From Chiloscyllium plagiosum (lineage: Eukaryota), in assembly GCF_004010195.1 (NCBI RefSeq), contig NC_057750.1:4392246-4456245 (forward strand): DNA of 64,000 bases. Reading direction: 5' to 3'. The notes beneath the pieces are model-generated. The model saw only the letters and a list, made by a program, of their open reading frames with translations. It did no database searches and was not told where the DNA came from. Numbering within the stretch: the first letter of the stretch is position 1; every line of letters starts with the position of its first letter. Both the position numbers and the translations under genes were made by a program. Shown here piece after piece: positions 26,360 through 38,814 of the stretch.

Positions 26360-26577
26360 ACTCCCAGACTCCAGGGAGTGCAGAGCAGCTGCTGCAGAAG
26401 AGGTTCCACCTGCTCGGTTTGAGCACAGAAGCTTTCAACTCTGTCGAGTATGTTGGCACGCAGACAACGAGCCCCCCCACCGATTTCTCTGGGTTCCTGG
26501 AGGCAGTGCGTCAGAGAGCAAACAGCACCTTGACCCGCTGTCGGAGATCACCCGCCATTGTCTACAATGTGTTAAAG
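26360..26577 (+). CDS. ZFYVE1: ZFYVE1-like coding exon
   Basis: cctag|AC...AAG|gtaacg, 218 nt; DSQTPGSAEQLLQKRFHLLGLSTEAFNSVEYVGTQTTSPPTDFSG...IVYNVLK; frame continues from the previous exon. Confidence 0.9.
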
Positions 26578-27392
26578 GTAACGCCGGGGTGAACGGACTG
26601 ATGGGGGAACTGGCAGATTGTAACTTCCACTGGCACTCATAGGCATCTCTCCACCCTGCAGGCACTCTGCCTCTATTCCTGATGAAGGGCTTTTGCCCGA
26701 AACCTCCAATTCTCCTGCTCCTCGGCTGCTGCCTGAACTGCTGTGCTTTTCCAGCGCCACTCTGATCTAGAATCTGGTTTCCAGCATCTGCAGCCCTTGT
26801 TTTTACCTAACTCATAGGCAATGGCTGGCTATGCCCATCAATCCTTGCCAGGCCGCGGAGTCTCTGATTGTCAGCAGGGTCTACAGGATGACCATCAAAT
26901 GCATATCCCTAACCCACAAACCGAAGCCACGCAAGAGAACGTTCCAGAACTCTCATTCCCGGCTTGTGCGGGGCATCTCTAGTGGCCAGACTGGCTCCTG
27001 AGAGGGTGGGGGGTTGGGGCCTGAGTGAAACCTGGAATTGAAAGCTAGTCTCGGTGACGGTGCCCATGATAACCATCATTGTTGTAAAAACACCCTTCAG
27101 GTTCACTAATGTTCCTTCAGGGAAGGAAATCAGCCATCCTTACCTGGTCTGGCTCAGCCACGTGGCTCCACACCCAGTTGCGGTTGACTCTGAATTGGCC
27201 GAGCAAGGCGCTCGTTCAAGGGGCAGTTAGGGATGGGCTACAAATGCTGGCCTTGCCCAACAACATGAAAATAAAAGAAATTGTTGCTCCATCAAAGAAT
27301 TTGCATGAAATTGAAGGGCTGAATGGCCTTTTGTGGGCTGGCTTTGCATGAGAAGGCAAAGTGTACAGGAATGCTTGATTTCTTGTCTCTCT

Positions 27393-27447
<55 letters not shown>

Positions 27448-27489
27448 TCTCTCTCTGTCTCTCCCCTGAAAGAGAGAGAGAGAGACTCC

Positions 27490-27820
27490 TAGTGCAGTAC
27501 TGAGGGAGTGCTGCTCTGTCAGAGGTGCTCTCTTTCAGGGGAGTTGTTAAACCAAGGCCCCTTTCTGCCACTCCAGTTTGACATGAGAAGTGCCACAGTG
27601 ACCTCTGTCCTGGCCCCAGTATTTGTGCCAACGACCTACGCCATTTTCCTTAAAAAAAAAAACACACACCGATCTGTCAGTTATTGACATCTGTTTGTGG
27701 GATCTCACTGTGCACTTATTCTACTGCACCCCTTGCGTGGTGAAAATGCTGGTATTCCGCTGGCTGTAAAGCACTTTGGGGTGAGCTGAGGTTGTGAAGG
27801 GTGCTATAGGAATGCACGTT
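27490..27820 (+). mobile_element. Ancient DeuSINE (SacSINE1/AmnSINE-like) remnant
   Basis: CAGTACTGAGGGAGTGCTGC head, TGTTTGTGGGATCT core, GGCTGTAAAGCACTTTGGG...GTGCTATA tail, compared with a recalled consensus. Similar remnants at ~31900-32455 and 39460-39840. Confidence 0.55.
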
Positions 27821-27867
27821 GCGTCTAGCTGAGAGATGTTCCTGTTTTATTTCCCTTCACCCCTCAG

Positions 27868-27974
27868 GCTCTGAGTATCAGATTCAACGGTGAGATTACA
27901 GATAGCAGGATTGTGGTTGACTGTTTCTTCCCTGATGAGTACTTCAGCTGCTCCAGAGTGTGCCTCTGCTGTGG
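27868..27974 (+). CDS. ZFYVE1: ZFYVE1-like coding exon
   Basis: ctcag|GCT...GG|gtgagt, 107 nt; ALSIRFNGEITDSRIVVDCFFPDEYFSCSRVCLCCG. Confidence 0.93.
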
Positions 27975-29449
27975 GTGAGTTCTCCCCTCCCCCTCGTCAC
28001 TGTCATTGACCCCGACCTGATAGAGGTTTACAAAATCATGAGGGGCATGGATAGGGTAAATAGGCAAAGTCTTTTCCCTGGGGTCGGGGAGTCCAGAACT
28101 AGAGGGCATAGGTTTAGGGTGAGAGGGGAAAGATAAAAAAGAGACCTAAGGGGCAATTTTTTACTCAGAGAGTGGTACGTGTATGGAATGAGCTGCCAGA
28201 GGAAGTGGTGGAGGCTGGTACAATTGCAACATTTAAAAGGCATCTGTATGGGTATATGAACAGGAATAATTTGAGAAGGATATGGGCCAAGTGCTGGCAC
28301 AGGGGACTAGATTAATTTAGGATATCTGGTCGGCATGGACGGGTTGGGCTGCAAGGTCTGTTTCCATGCTCTATGACTATGCTACTGAATAAAATTCACT
28401 CCGAATTCACAATCGCGCCCATGTTTCAAATCTCCCAGCCAGGGAAAGCGTTTTTTTATTTCAAAACTGGTTTAGCAGCCAGGTGGTAGTGAAACAATCT
28501 GAGAAACAGTGAGCCTGTGTAAATACAATAGATCTCAACTAAGCTGAAAGGAAATCTGTATAGGGATTCCCTTATCCAAGCTGTTGGGTCCTCACTTAAC
28601 TGTGGGATACCATTGGATCACCACGCTGCTTAGTCTCTTCCAAAGAAAACTGCCCTAAATTGACTGATCATTCCTCACTGATTTAATTCTCAAATCCTGG
28701 TAGCATCCTCTTCCTGTTGCCCAGTGGTGGGTATTGCTAGATTAGTCATATCAGCCACGATCCAGAATCAACAGCCTAATTGAGTTCCCATATCTTCAGG
28801 TAAACGTGTCCCAAACATCAGAGAGCTGGCTATAAATGTCTTCAGGGTCGAGAGTGTGGTGCTGGAAAAGCACAGCAAGTCAGGCAGCATCTGAGGAGAA
28901 TCGACATTTCGGGCATAAGCCCTTCAGCTGGACGTCAATTCCCCTGCTCCTCGGATGCTGCCTGACCGGCTGTGCTTTTCCAGCGCCGCACTCGTGGCCC
29001 TGATCTCCAGCATCTGCAGTCCTCACTCTCTCCTGTAAATGTCATCACCCAGAGAGTGGGGAAGCCTGTGGAATTCTCATAGAAAGCAGATGAGGCCAAG
29101 ACGTTGAAGAAGGAGTTAGATAATAGTTCTTGGGGCTAAAGGGATCAAAGGGTGAGGGGGAGAGAAAGCAGGAAGAGGGGACTGAGTTGGATGAGCAGCC
29201 ATGATCAGATTGAATGGGGAAGCAGTCTCGATGGGCCGATTGGCCTACTCCTGCTCCTATTCTCTATGTTTCAATACAGAGATTGTTCGTTTGTTTTTTT
29301 GTTTATTGTTGAGGGATATGGAGCAAAAGTAACAAGGAGGACAGGAGGAGACCTTTCAGCCCCTCCAATCTGTTCCACAGTTCAGTTAGAATGAATAGAC
29401 TAATAGAGATGTACAGGATGGAAACAGACCCTTCAGTCCGACTCGTCCA

Positions 29450-29763
29450 TAGATAGATTTCCTACAGTCTGGAAACAGACCCTTCAGCCCAACCAGTCCA
29501 CACTGACCCTCCGAAGAGTAACCCACCCAGACCCATATACCTCTGACTAACGCACCCAACACTATAGGCAATTTAATATGACCAATCCACCCTGACCTGC
29601 ACATCCTTTGGACTGTGGGAGGAAACCGTAGCACCCGGAGGAAACCCCACGCAGACACAGGGAGAACGTGCAAACTCCACACAGACAGTCGCCTGAGGCA
29701 GGAATTGAACCCGGGTCCCTGGTGCTGTGAGGCAGCAGTGCTAACCACTGAGCCACCGTGCTG
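29450..29763 (-). mobile_element. HE1-type SINE
   Basis: Full-length reverse copy. Confidence 0.85.
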
Positions 29764-30430
29764 TTGGTATGGAGGGATATGGACCAAACACAGGCAAATG
29801 GGACTAGGTTAATTGTGAAAACTGGGCAGGATAGGCATGTTGGGCCGAAAGGCCTGTTACCACAATGTGGGCCAGATATCCCAACCCAATCCAGTGCCAC
29901 ATGCCAGCACCCGGCCAATATCCCTCCAAACCCTTCCTATTCATATACCCACCCAAATGCCTCTTAAATGTTGCAATTGTACCAGCCTCCACCACATCCT
30001 CTGGCAGCTCATTCCATACACGTACTACCCTCTGTGTGAAAAAGTTGCCCCTTAGGAAATCCATTTGCTTGCTTCATGTCCATGGGCCGAATGGGCTGCA
30101 TAGACCATAAGATACAGGCCATTCAAGCACTTGTCCTCCACAGCTCTCTGCAGCAATGAGTTCCACAGACTCCCCCCTCTCTGGCTGGAGAAATTCCCTC
30201 CTCACCTCCGTTCTAAAGGGTGGTCCCTTCACTCTCAGACTCTGCCTTCAGGTCCTAGGCTCTCTCTCACCAGTGGAAACATCTTCTCCATGTTCTCTCT
30301 GTCCAGGCCTCTCAGTATCCTGTAGGTTTCAATAAGTTTGCACTGCCACCCTCCCCTCCTGCTCAGTGTGTTTCTGTGTAACTGGGGAGAGTGGATGTCA
30401 TTATTCCCTGTTTTTTCTGTTTGTTTGGAG

Positions 30431-30539
30431 GGCTCACTGTACCAACAGCATGAACCACATGAAGGACAATGTCCCACACCAGGCAACGGGGAGATGTCGA
30501 TACATGCACCAGTACAATAACAAGGTGTTAATCTGCAGG
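30431..30539 (+). CDS. ZFYVE1: ZFYVE1-like coding exon
   Basis: T-rich tract, ggag|G...AGG|gtaagt, 109 nt; AHCTNSMNHMKDNVPHQATGRCRYMHQYNNKVLICR. Confidence 0.9.
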
Positions 30540-31587
30540 GTAAGTGCTGCTTCCTGCTACAGAAGCGAGTACGGTTTGTTCATTAAAGAAACATTTGGAC
30601 AGGTACATGAATGGAATAGTTATGGAGGGATATGGACCAAACACCAGTACATGGGACTAGATTAAATGTGAAAACTAGGCAGCATAAGCACCTTGGGTCA
30701 AAAGGCCTGTTTCCACGATGTAGACCTCTGCGAAATTTGAAAGGGTTCAGAAAAGATTTACAAGGATGTTGCCAGGGTTGGAGGATTTGAGTTACAGGGA
30801 GAGGCTGAACGGGCTGGGGCTGTTTTCCCTGGAGCATCGGAGGCTGAGGGGGTGACCTAATCGAGGAGCATGGATAGTGTAAACAGAAAGAGGCATTTGG
30901 ATGGGTATATGAATAGGAAGGGTTTGGAGGGATATGGGCAGCGTGCTGGCAGGTGGGACTAGATTGGGTTGGGATCTCTGGTTGGCATGGACGGGTTGGA
31001 CCGAAGGGTCTGTTTCTGTGCTGTACATCTCTATGACGTGTTCCCCATCCCACTTCAAGCAGGGAAGATTGGTGAGAAGATTTAATCAAATGCCTTTCAA
31101 CCCTGAAAGGCTTTGACAGAGTTATCGGGGAGACACCCACTCCAATGGCAGGAGGGTCAGCAACAAACCAGGGGACACAGGTTTAAAATAATCATCAAAG
31201 GGGAAAGGAAGAGAATTGTTTCAAATAAAAATTATTCACTTGTGGATGTAGGAATCACTGCATTTGTTGTCAGTCCCAGTGAAGGCAATAGTAAGCTGAC
31301 TACTGCAGTCTGTGTGCTGTGGGGAGGCCCCCAGAGCTTTGAGGGAAGATTTTGACCCAGCGACACTGAAGGAACAGCGATGTATTTCCGTGTCGGGATG
31401 ATGCAACCTGCTGCTTACGAAGCAGTGCAGTGAGTGACCTGTTCTCCTGGTCACCCTTTGCATGTTGAGTCTTTACAATTTGCGGAGGAGAGGGAATGTT
31501 ACTGATAGGTGCTGTGGTGGGGGGGTAAGAGATGACAACGTGGGATGAAACGTCCTGGTCAGAATGCCTCTGTTTGATCTGATCCAG

Positions 31588-31685
31588 GTGTGTTACGAAC
31601 GAGGCTGGGAAGTAACTGTCAACCCCAAAACCTCCGCATCAACGGACAGCAAGTGGTTCGGACTCGCGACCTATGCCTGGTCAGG
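31588..31685 (+). CDS. ZFYVE1: ZFYVE1-like coding exon
   Basis: tccag|GTG...GG|gtgagt, 98 nt; VCYERGWEVTVNPKTSASTDSKWFGLATYAWSG. Confidence 0.93.
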
Positions 31686-31906
31686 GTGAGTGATTCTGTC
31701 ACCGGAGATCGGAACAAAAACTGCACAGTAAGAGGCTGGAGAGCACGGCCCCTGAGCTTCTGTTCTTCAGAAGGATAGAGTGCACCAGCTTTACACCGAC
31801 CAGGCTCAGGGCATCCCGGCACGTCCACCCCACTCCACTGTGAGGCTTCTCCTGAACCTGTCCCTTGATTACAAACACACTCTGCCTTCCAACCAGCCTC
31901 CCCGTG

Positions 31907-32170
31907 CAGTGCTGAGGAAGCGCCGTGCTATCGGAGGGTCAATGCCGAGAGAGCGCCGCGCTGTCGGAGGGTCAGTGCCGAGGCAGCGCCGCGCTGTCGG
32001 AGGGTCAGTGCCGAGGCAGCGCCGCGCTGTCGGAGGGTCAGTGCCGAGGCAGCGCCGCGCTGTCGGAGGGTCAGTGCCGAGGCAGCGCCGCGCTGTCGGA
32101 GGGTCAGTGCCGAGGCAGCGCCGCGCTGTCGGAGGGTCAGTGCCGAGGGAGCGCCGCGCTGTCGGAGGGT
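31907..32170 (+). repeat. 33-bp minisatellite, 8 copies
   Basis: Unit CAGTGCCGAGGCAGCGCCGCGCTGTCGGAGGGT. Confidence 0.95.
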
Positions 32171-32762
32171 CGGTACTGGGTAGAATATTAAAGCAAGGTC
32201 CTCAATGACCATTTTGGATAAAATATCCCACAGGATACAGTTGGAGAAGTGGTGGGGGGTGGGGGAGGAAGTTACTTTTTGGTGTCCTGCTAGATGTTTA
32301 TCCCGCCTTCACTGAAACAAAGCTCACAATGCTCCTTTTGGGATCTTGCTATGTGCAAATGGCTGCCACGTGTCCGACATTTGGAGCAGTGGAAACACCT
32401 GGATCTGCTTTAAAGGAGGCCAATCCTCAGGGGAAGGGTGCTACATAAATGCTGGTGTTCTTCTCCCTCCCTCTCTTGAGGGAGACTGTAATATTTTCCC
32501 AGAAGCCGGGTCTGGAGACTGTGGAGTTCTGAGGTTCCAGAGTTTCTTTCCGAAAACCTAAAGTTGTCCATGATTGGTTTGGCCCTGCTTCCTGTTCCCA
32601 GTTTCCCTGGACTCCATCTGATTTCAACACGTCGGCCATCAACTTACTTTCTTCCTTAAATTCCCAGGAAGCAGAGAGAGGTACGTTTTATACAAAAGTC
32701 GAATCCTGACTGGCAGTGCAGAGTTTGGTTTCTAGTTGCCTGTATTTTAATTTTCTGCTTAG

Positions 32763-32880
32763 GTATGTTCTGGAATGTCCAAACTGTGGGGTAATCTACC
32801 GGAGCAGACAGTACTGGATTGGAAACCAAGATCCCGAGGCATCAGTTGTACGTCCTGAACTGAAACACGTCTGGCAAGGG
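32763..32880 (+). CDS. ZFYVE1: ZFYVE1-like coding exon
   Basis: cttag|G...GGG|gtgagt, 118 nt; YVLECPNCGVIYRSRQYWIGNQDPEASVVRPELKHVWQG. Confidence 0.95.
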
Positions 32881-33278
32881 GTGAGTACACAGCTCTCTAG
32901 CCCCGTCTCTGGGCTTTCAAGGTTAATGTTCAGGCACAGCCGGAAGGGGAATAAAATAAAAACTCATGTGGAAACAATGAAGATTGGAGCCAGTGGAGAC
33001 CATTTGACCTTTTCAGCTCGCTCCATCATTCAGTCTGATCGCGGAGCTGAATATCCTAATCCAGCCCTCTTCCCCCTATCCTTTCAATGCTTTAGCCACA
33101 AGAGCCAAACCTGTCCCCTTCTTGAAACACAGTGTGTTGGCCTCAACCAGTTCCTTTGGTAGTGAACCCACTCCGGGGTGAAGAGATGTCTCCTCACCTC
33201 AGTCCTAAATCCTGATCCTTAAACTGTAACCCGCTGGTACTGGACTCTCCCACCATTGGGAACATCCTTCCTGCGTGA

Positions 33279-33555
33279 CACTCCCTCGGCGCTGACCCTC
33301 CGACAGTGCGGCACTCCCTCGGCGCTGACCCTCCGACAGTGCGGCGCTCCCTCGGCGCTGACCCTCCGACAGTGCGGCGCTCCCTCGGCGCTGACCCTCC
33401 GACAGTGCGGCGCTCCCTCGCCGCTGACCCTCCGACAGTGCGGCACTCCCTCAGCACTGACCCTCCGACAGTGCAGCACTCCCTCGGCGCTGACCCTCCG
33501 ACAGTGCGGCACTCCCTCGGCGCTGACCCTCCGACGGTGCGGTGCTTCCTCAGCG
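33279..33555 (-). repeat. 33-bp minisatellite, ~8 copies, inverted relative to 31907-32170
   Basis: Unit CRCTCCCTCGGCGCTGACCCTCCGACAGTGCGG. Confidence 0.95.
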
Positions 33556-34722
33556 TTGCACAGGGAGGCTGGTTGGAACACAGAGTGTTTGTAATTGAGG
33601 GAGAGGTACAGGAGAGTGTGGAGGATTTGCTGGGATACCCTGAGCCTGGTCAGTATTAAGCTCGTGCATTCTATCCTTCTGTCTAGTCCTGTTAGAATTT
33701 TATAGTTTTCTAGAGAACCCCCCTCATTCTCCTAAGTTCCAGTGAATACAATCCTAACTGACTCCTTCTCTCATCATACATTCATCTGACCATCCCTCAA
33801 ATCATTTAGTAAACCCTCACTGAACTCTCTCCGTAGCAAGAATGTCCTTCTTCAGAAAAAAAAGACCAAAACTGCACACCAAAATCCGGGTGTGGCCTCA
33901 CCAGTGCCCTATGTATCTGCAGCAAGACATTGTTGTATGTGTACATGAATCCTCTTGCTAACACACAGTTTGTCTGCCTCACTGCCTGCTGCCCCTGCAC
34001 GGTTACTTCCCGTGATTTCTGAGGGGGACTGTTCAAGGCTGGAATGTGACAGGGTTGTTCAGTCGATGCTTTTGAAAGAAAATTGCGTCATCCGCTGCAC
34101 GGGTGTGTGTGTGGGTCCGCAGGAATTGGCCAGAGGTGAGCGACGAGGTGAGTCGCTGTTGTGGAATGTCATCAAGGACTCGATGGGCCGAACATCCCTC
34201 CTTCTGTGTGCCTCTATTGGTCTCCTTATCTGAGGAAGCATGTACTCGTGACAGAGGGAGTGTAATGGAGGTTAAACAGACTGATTCCTGGGATGGTAGG
34301 ATTGACATTCAGTGAGGGAGTCCAGAACTAGAGGGCATAGGTTTAGGGTGAGAGGGGAAAGATTTAAAAGGGACCTAAGAGGCAACTTTTTACCAAGTGG
34401 ATGATGTGTGTATGGAATGAGGTGCCAGAGGAAGTGGTGGAGGTTGGTACAATTACATTTCAAGGGCATCTGGATGGGTTTATGAATAGGAAGGGTTTAG
34501 AGGGATATGGGGTAAATGCTGGCAAACGGGACTAGATTAATACAGGATATCTGGTTGGCATGGACGAGTTGAATCAAAGGGTCTGTTCAATGGTGTACAT
34601 CTCTATGACTCTAAGAAATGCTGGATCGGTTAGGACTGTATTCACAGGAGTTTGGAAGAATGGGAGGGTGATCTCATAGAAACATATAAAATTCTAACAG
34701 AGCTCGACAGGGTAAAGGCAGG

Positions 34723-35326
34723 TTTTCGGAAGATTTGTAACTTAAGTTAGGTACTGGTTGTAAAAGTTTGCTCGCTGAGCTGGAAGGTTAGTTTTCAAAT
34801 GTTTCGTCCCCATACTAGGTAACATCTTCAGTGGGCCTCCGGATGAAGCCCTGGTGATTTGGCCCGCTTTCTATTTATGTGCTTAGGTTTCCTTGGGTTG
34901 GTGATGTCATTTCCTGTGTTGATGAGGTCATTTTGTGTTGGTGATGTCATTGCCTGTTCCTTTTCTCAGTGGGTGTAGATGGGGTCCACCACCTGTTTCT
35001 AGGAATTATCGTGCATGTCTCTATTTGGCTTGTCTTAGTACGGATGTGTTGTCCCAGTCGAAGTGTTGTTCTTCCTTATCTGTATGTAAGGATACTAGTG
35101 AGAGAGGGTCATGTCTTTTTGTGCCTAGTTGATGTTCATGTATCCTGGTGGCTAGTTTTCTGCGTGTTTGTCCAATGTAGTATTTGTTACAGATCTTGCA
35201 CAGTATTTCGTAAGTGACATTAGTTTTGCTTGTTGTCTGTATAGGGTCTTTCAAGTTCATTAGCTGCTGTTTTAGTGTGTTGGTGGGTTTGTGGGCTATC
35301 ATAATGCTGAGGGGTCTGAGTAGTCT
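34723..35326 (-). mobile_element. 5'-truncated Penelope-like retroelement (GIY-YIG endonuclease remnant plus pLTR)
   Basis: ORF 35021-35386(-) contains NVTYEILCKICNKYYIGQTRRKLATRIHEH, the PLE GIY-YIG signature. Flanked by GACAGGGTAAAnnCAGG direct repeats (34706-34722, 35327-35343); inserted into a CR1 fragment. Confidence 0.88.
34796..34833 (-). ncRNA. Decayed minimal hammerhead ribozyme in the Penelope pLTR
   Basis: CA-CUGAAGA-U-GUUACC-UAGUAU-GGGGAC-GAAA-CAUU-UG. Confidence 0.6.
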
Positions 35327-37923
35327 GACAGGGTAAACACAGGAAGGGTGTTCCTGGTGGCCAGGGAGCCCAAAACCAGGGATCACAGTCTAAGAATTCT
35401 GGGTAGGCCATTTCGGACTGAGAAGAGGAGAAATATCTCCACCCAGACAGTGGGCACCCTGGGGAATTCTCGGCCACAGAAAGCAGTCAAGGATAAAACA
35501 TTGAATGTTTTCGAAAAGGTGTTAGATACAGCTCTTGGGGCTAAAATGATCCGAGGGTATTGGGGGTGAAAGCAGGAATAGGGACTGAGTTGGATGATCA
35601 GCCATGATTATACTGAATGGTGGAGCAGGCTTGAAGGGCTGAATGGCCTCTTCCTGCTATTTTTTGTGTTTCTGTGCTGTATCTGTTTCCTGATCCTAAA
35701 CCTTGATTCAGGAGGTAAATAAAATGGCACCTCATACCCCTTGGAAAACCATCTCCTGGGGTCAATGCTGTTGCTGTTGGTTTTGACCTGGGTTTTGATA
35801 ATCATCGATTCGGCCCATGGTAACCAGCTGTTGCGGTGAGGTTGGTTATGTTGACTTGGCCTGAGACTAGCCCACACAGCCAGTGATAGAGCGAGAGAGA
35901 GAGAGACATGGACTGTGAACAGGCTTCCAGCCTGGGGCCATCTGTCAGAGACTGCTTTTTGGATGCTGATGGCTTTTGACAGACTGTGGATATCAGCAGC
36001 GAGTGAACTGTCTGAACAAGTGTTTAACTGTCTGTGAACAACCCTTGGAGACCAGAACGTGACAAATACTCAGTGAGTTCACGAGGGAATTGGGTGACAG
36101 ACTGAATCAGGCATTAAACTAACTATTGAAAATTTGCTGCTTTTACACTCTTATCCCAGAGGAGAGAGATGAGTAAAGATTTATGACATTTGAGCATTTC
36201 CCCCTCTCCACCTCTCTCTCTCTCTTCATAATTTGTCTCTCTCTCCTGCTTCACACTGTTTCTCCTGCCGTCCCTCACCCCCTCTTTATCCCTCCCCTCC
36301 CCTCCCCTCTTTATCCCTCCCCTCCCCTCTTTATCCCTCCCCTCTTTATCCCNNNNNNNNNNNNNNNNNNNNNNNNNNNNNNNNNNNNNNNNNNNNNNNN
36401 NNNNNNNNNNNNNNNNNNNNNNNNNNNNNNNNNNNNNNNNNNNNNNNNNNNNNNNNNNNNNNNNNNNNNNNNNNNNNNNNNNNNNNNNNNNNNNNNNNNN
36501 NNNNNNCCTCGCCCCCTTTTCCCTCGCCCTCCCCCGTTTTCCCCACCTGCATCCTTTCCCCCACCCCTGTGGCATTTCCCAGGATATTGTGTGACCCCTT
36601 GCAGCTCGAGGCAGGGCTGGTGTGGAGGGAATGTTGAGATGACCATCACACAGAGGAAGGGGACCAGGAAGATAGTGAGGGAATTCCCCAAGTCCATCAT
36701 GCTCACACTCCCTCATTTACCTGGAGATTTACAGGATGTTTCCTGGACAGGAGAGTCCAGGCTGTAGGAGAAGATTGGAAAGACAGCTAGTTTTCCTTGG
36801 AGCAGGGAAGGGGACCTGACAGAACTGGATAAGATTGAGGGGTGCAGACAAGAAGCCAGTTTTATCATTAATACCCAGAAGGCATTGTCTTGAGGTTAGA
36901 GGTCAAGGACCAAGCGGAGAGTTGAGATGTTTTCTTCCTCACCCAGAGAGTGGTGGGAGTCTGGAATCACTGCCTGAAATGATGGATGTGTCAAAAACTC
37001 TTGTAACAGTTAAGCAGTGTTTAGATCTCCACTTGCATTGCCTTAGCCTCGAGGGCTATTGGACAAAATCTCTTCCCTGGGGTCGGGGAGTCCCGAACTA
37101 GAGGCATTGGTTTAGAGTGAGAGGGGAAAGATATAAAAGAGACCTAAGGGGCAACCTTTTCATGCAGAGGGTGGTACGTGTGTGGAATGAGCTGCCAGAG
37201 GATGTGGTGGAGGCTGGTACAATTGCAACATTTAAGAGGCGTTTGGATGGGTATATGAATAGGAAGGGTTTGGAGGGATATGGGCCGGGTGCTGGCAGGT
37301 GGGACTAGATTGGGTTGGGATATCTGGTTGGCATGTACGGGTTGGGTCTGTTTCTGTCCTGTACGCCTCTCTGACTGAAGGCTGGAAAGTGGGATTGGTG
37401 TAGTCAGATCTTTGTTGACCGTTGGGCAATAGGGCCTCCTCCTGTGCTGTGAACTTTGATGAGGACTGCGTGTTCGGAGCAATTAAATGCAGCGATGCAC
37501 TGTGAGAGTTCACCCCTAAAGGGCAGTCCATCTGATAGCCTGGAAATGACCGTTCCCCATTGAGTTTGTTCTCTCACTCACGTCGGCAGGGTTCATGTGA
37601 AGGGACGCAGAGCTGGGGGGGGGGGGTGTGGGGTGTGCTGCACTGTCTGAGGAGCTGTTCGGATGACACATTAAATGTAACACCTGACCCTCTGGTGAAC
37701 ATGGGAAGGATTATACGACAGGGTCTAGGAAAGAACTGGGGAGGTCTCCCTCGGGTCCTGCTCGCTTAGTTATTGCCCACTTTTTAAAAACGAGATCCCT
37801 ACGCGGATTTTGAGGTGGCTCGCTCCGTGAGGGTTGGCTGAGCTTCGAAGAAAGCCTGTCCATTCGGGCCATAAGCGGTGCTATGGAAATGCAGAAACCC
37901 GTTCCTTGTCGTCTAAATCTCAG

Positions 37924-38094
37924 GCGGACTCGTTCCTGAGGCCGAACCACAATGGGGCGCAGCAAGTGCTGGACAGTGTCAGCTTTGTGATCCAGTCGGT
38001 CTCCGAGTACAGCGCAGGACCAAGCAAAGCCATCAGCTCCTGGCTGACCGATCAGGTGGCCCCGGATTACTGGAGGCCTAATACCCAGATCACG
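37924..38094 (+). CDS. ZFYVE1: ZFYVE1-like coding exon
   Basis: ctcag|GCG...ACG|gtgagt, 171 nt; ADSFLRPNHNGAQQVLDSVSFVIQSVSEYSAGPSKAISSWLTDQVAPDYWRPNTQIT. Confidence 0.93.
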
Positions 38095-38361
38095 GTGAGT
38101 CTGTCTTCGCTTTGATTTTTGGTTTTGAAATAAATCCCCCATTGTGACCAACCCACGTCCTGGCTGCGATCAGACAGGAATACGAGACCGAGTGAAGCAC
38201 AGGAACAGGCCCTTCGGCCCTCCAAGCTTGCGCCAGCACATTTGCCCTTCCGTCCTGAAACTGTCTTCACTTACAGGATCCATATCCCTCTATTCCTTTC
38301 CTATCCATGTATCCGTCCAGGTGTTTCTCAAATGCTGCTATTGTGTCAGCTTCCGGCACCA

Positions 38362-38605
38362 CCTCCTGATGCTGCCTTCCTTGCTGTGTTCCCCCAGCCT
38401 CCTGCCTGTCCCTCCTGATGCTGCCTGCCTTGCTGTGTTCCCCCAGCCTCCTGCCTGTCCCTCCTGATGCTGCCTGCCTTGCTGTGTTCCCGCAGCCTCT
38501 GCCTGTCCCTCCTGATGCTGCCTGCCTTGCTGTGTTTCCCCCAGCCTCCTGCCTGTACCCCCTGATGCTGTCTGCCTTGCTGTGTTCCCCCAGCCTCCTG
38601 CCTGG
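38362..38605 (+). repeat. ~49-bp tandem repeat, 5 copies
   Basis: Unit CCTCCTGATGCTGCCTGCCTTGCTGTGTTCCCCCAGCCTCCTGCCTGTC. Confidence 0.9.
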
Positions 38606-38814
38606 CTACTTTGGATTCCAGCATCTGCAGGTTTTTTTGTCTCCACCATCTCCTCTGGCAGCTCCTTCTTGGCACTCACCAGCCTTTGTGTGAAAACGTG
38701 TCTCGCACATCTCTTTTAAACACCCCTCCCTCGTTCCCCCCCCCCAAACCTTGAATCTGTGTCCCCTAGTACTTGATCCTCCACCCTGTGGAAAAGGCCT
38801 CATCCACTCTTTGG

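Noticed and set aside
26361..26368. Alternative acceptor ctcccag| 8 nt into the exon
   Set aside because: It would shift the frame; the upstream cctag| keeps homology.
31780..33659. Repetitive ORFs (RQRRAVGGSVP, SALTLRQCG) and a CRISPR-like periodicity
   Set aside because: They are translations of head-to-tail 33-bp minisatellites with no unique spacers, in a eukaryotic intron.
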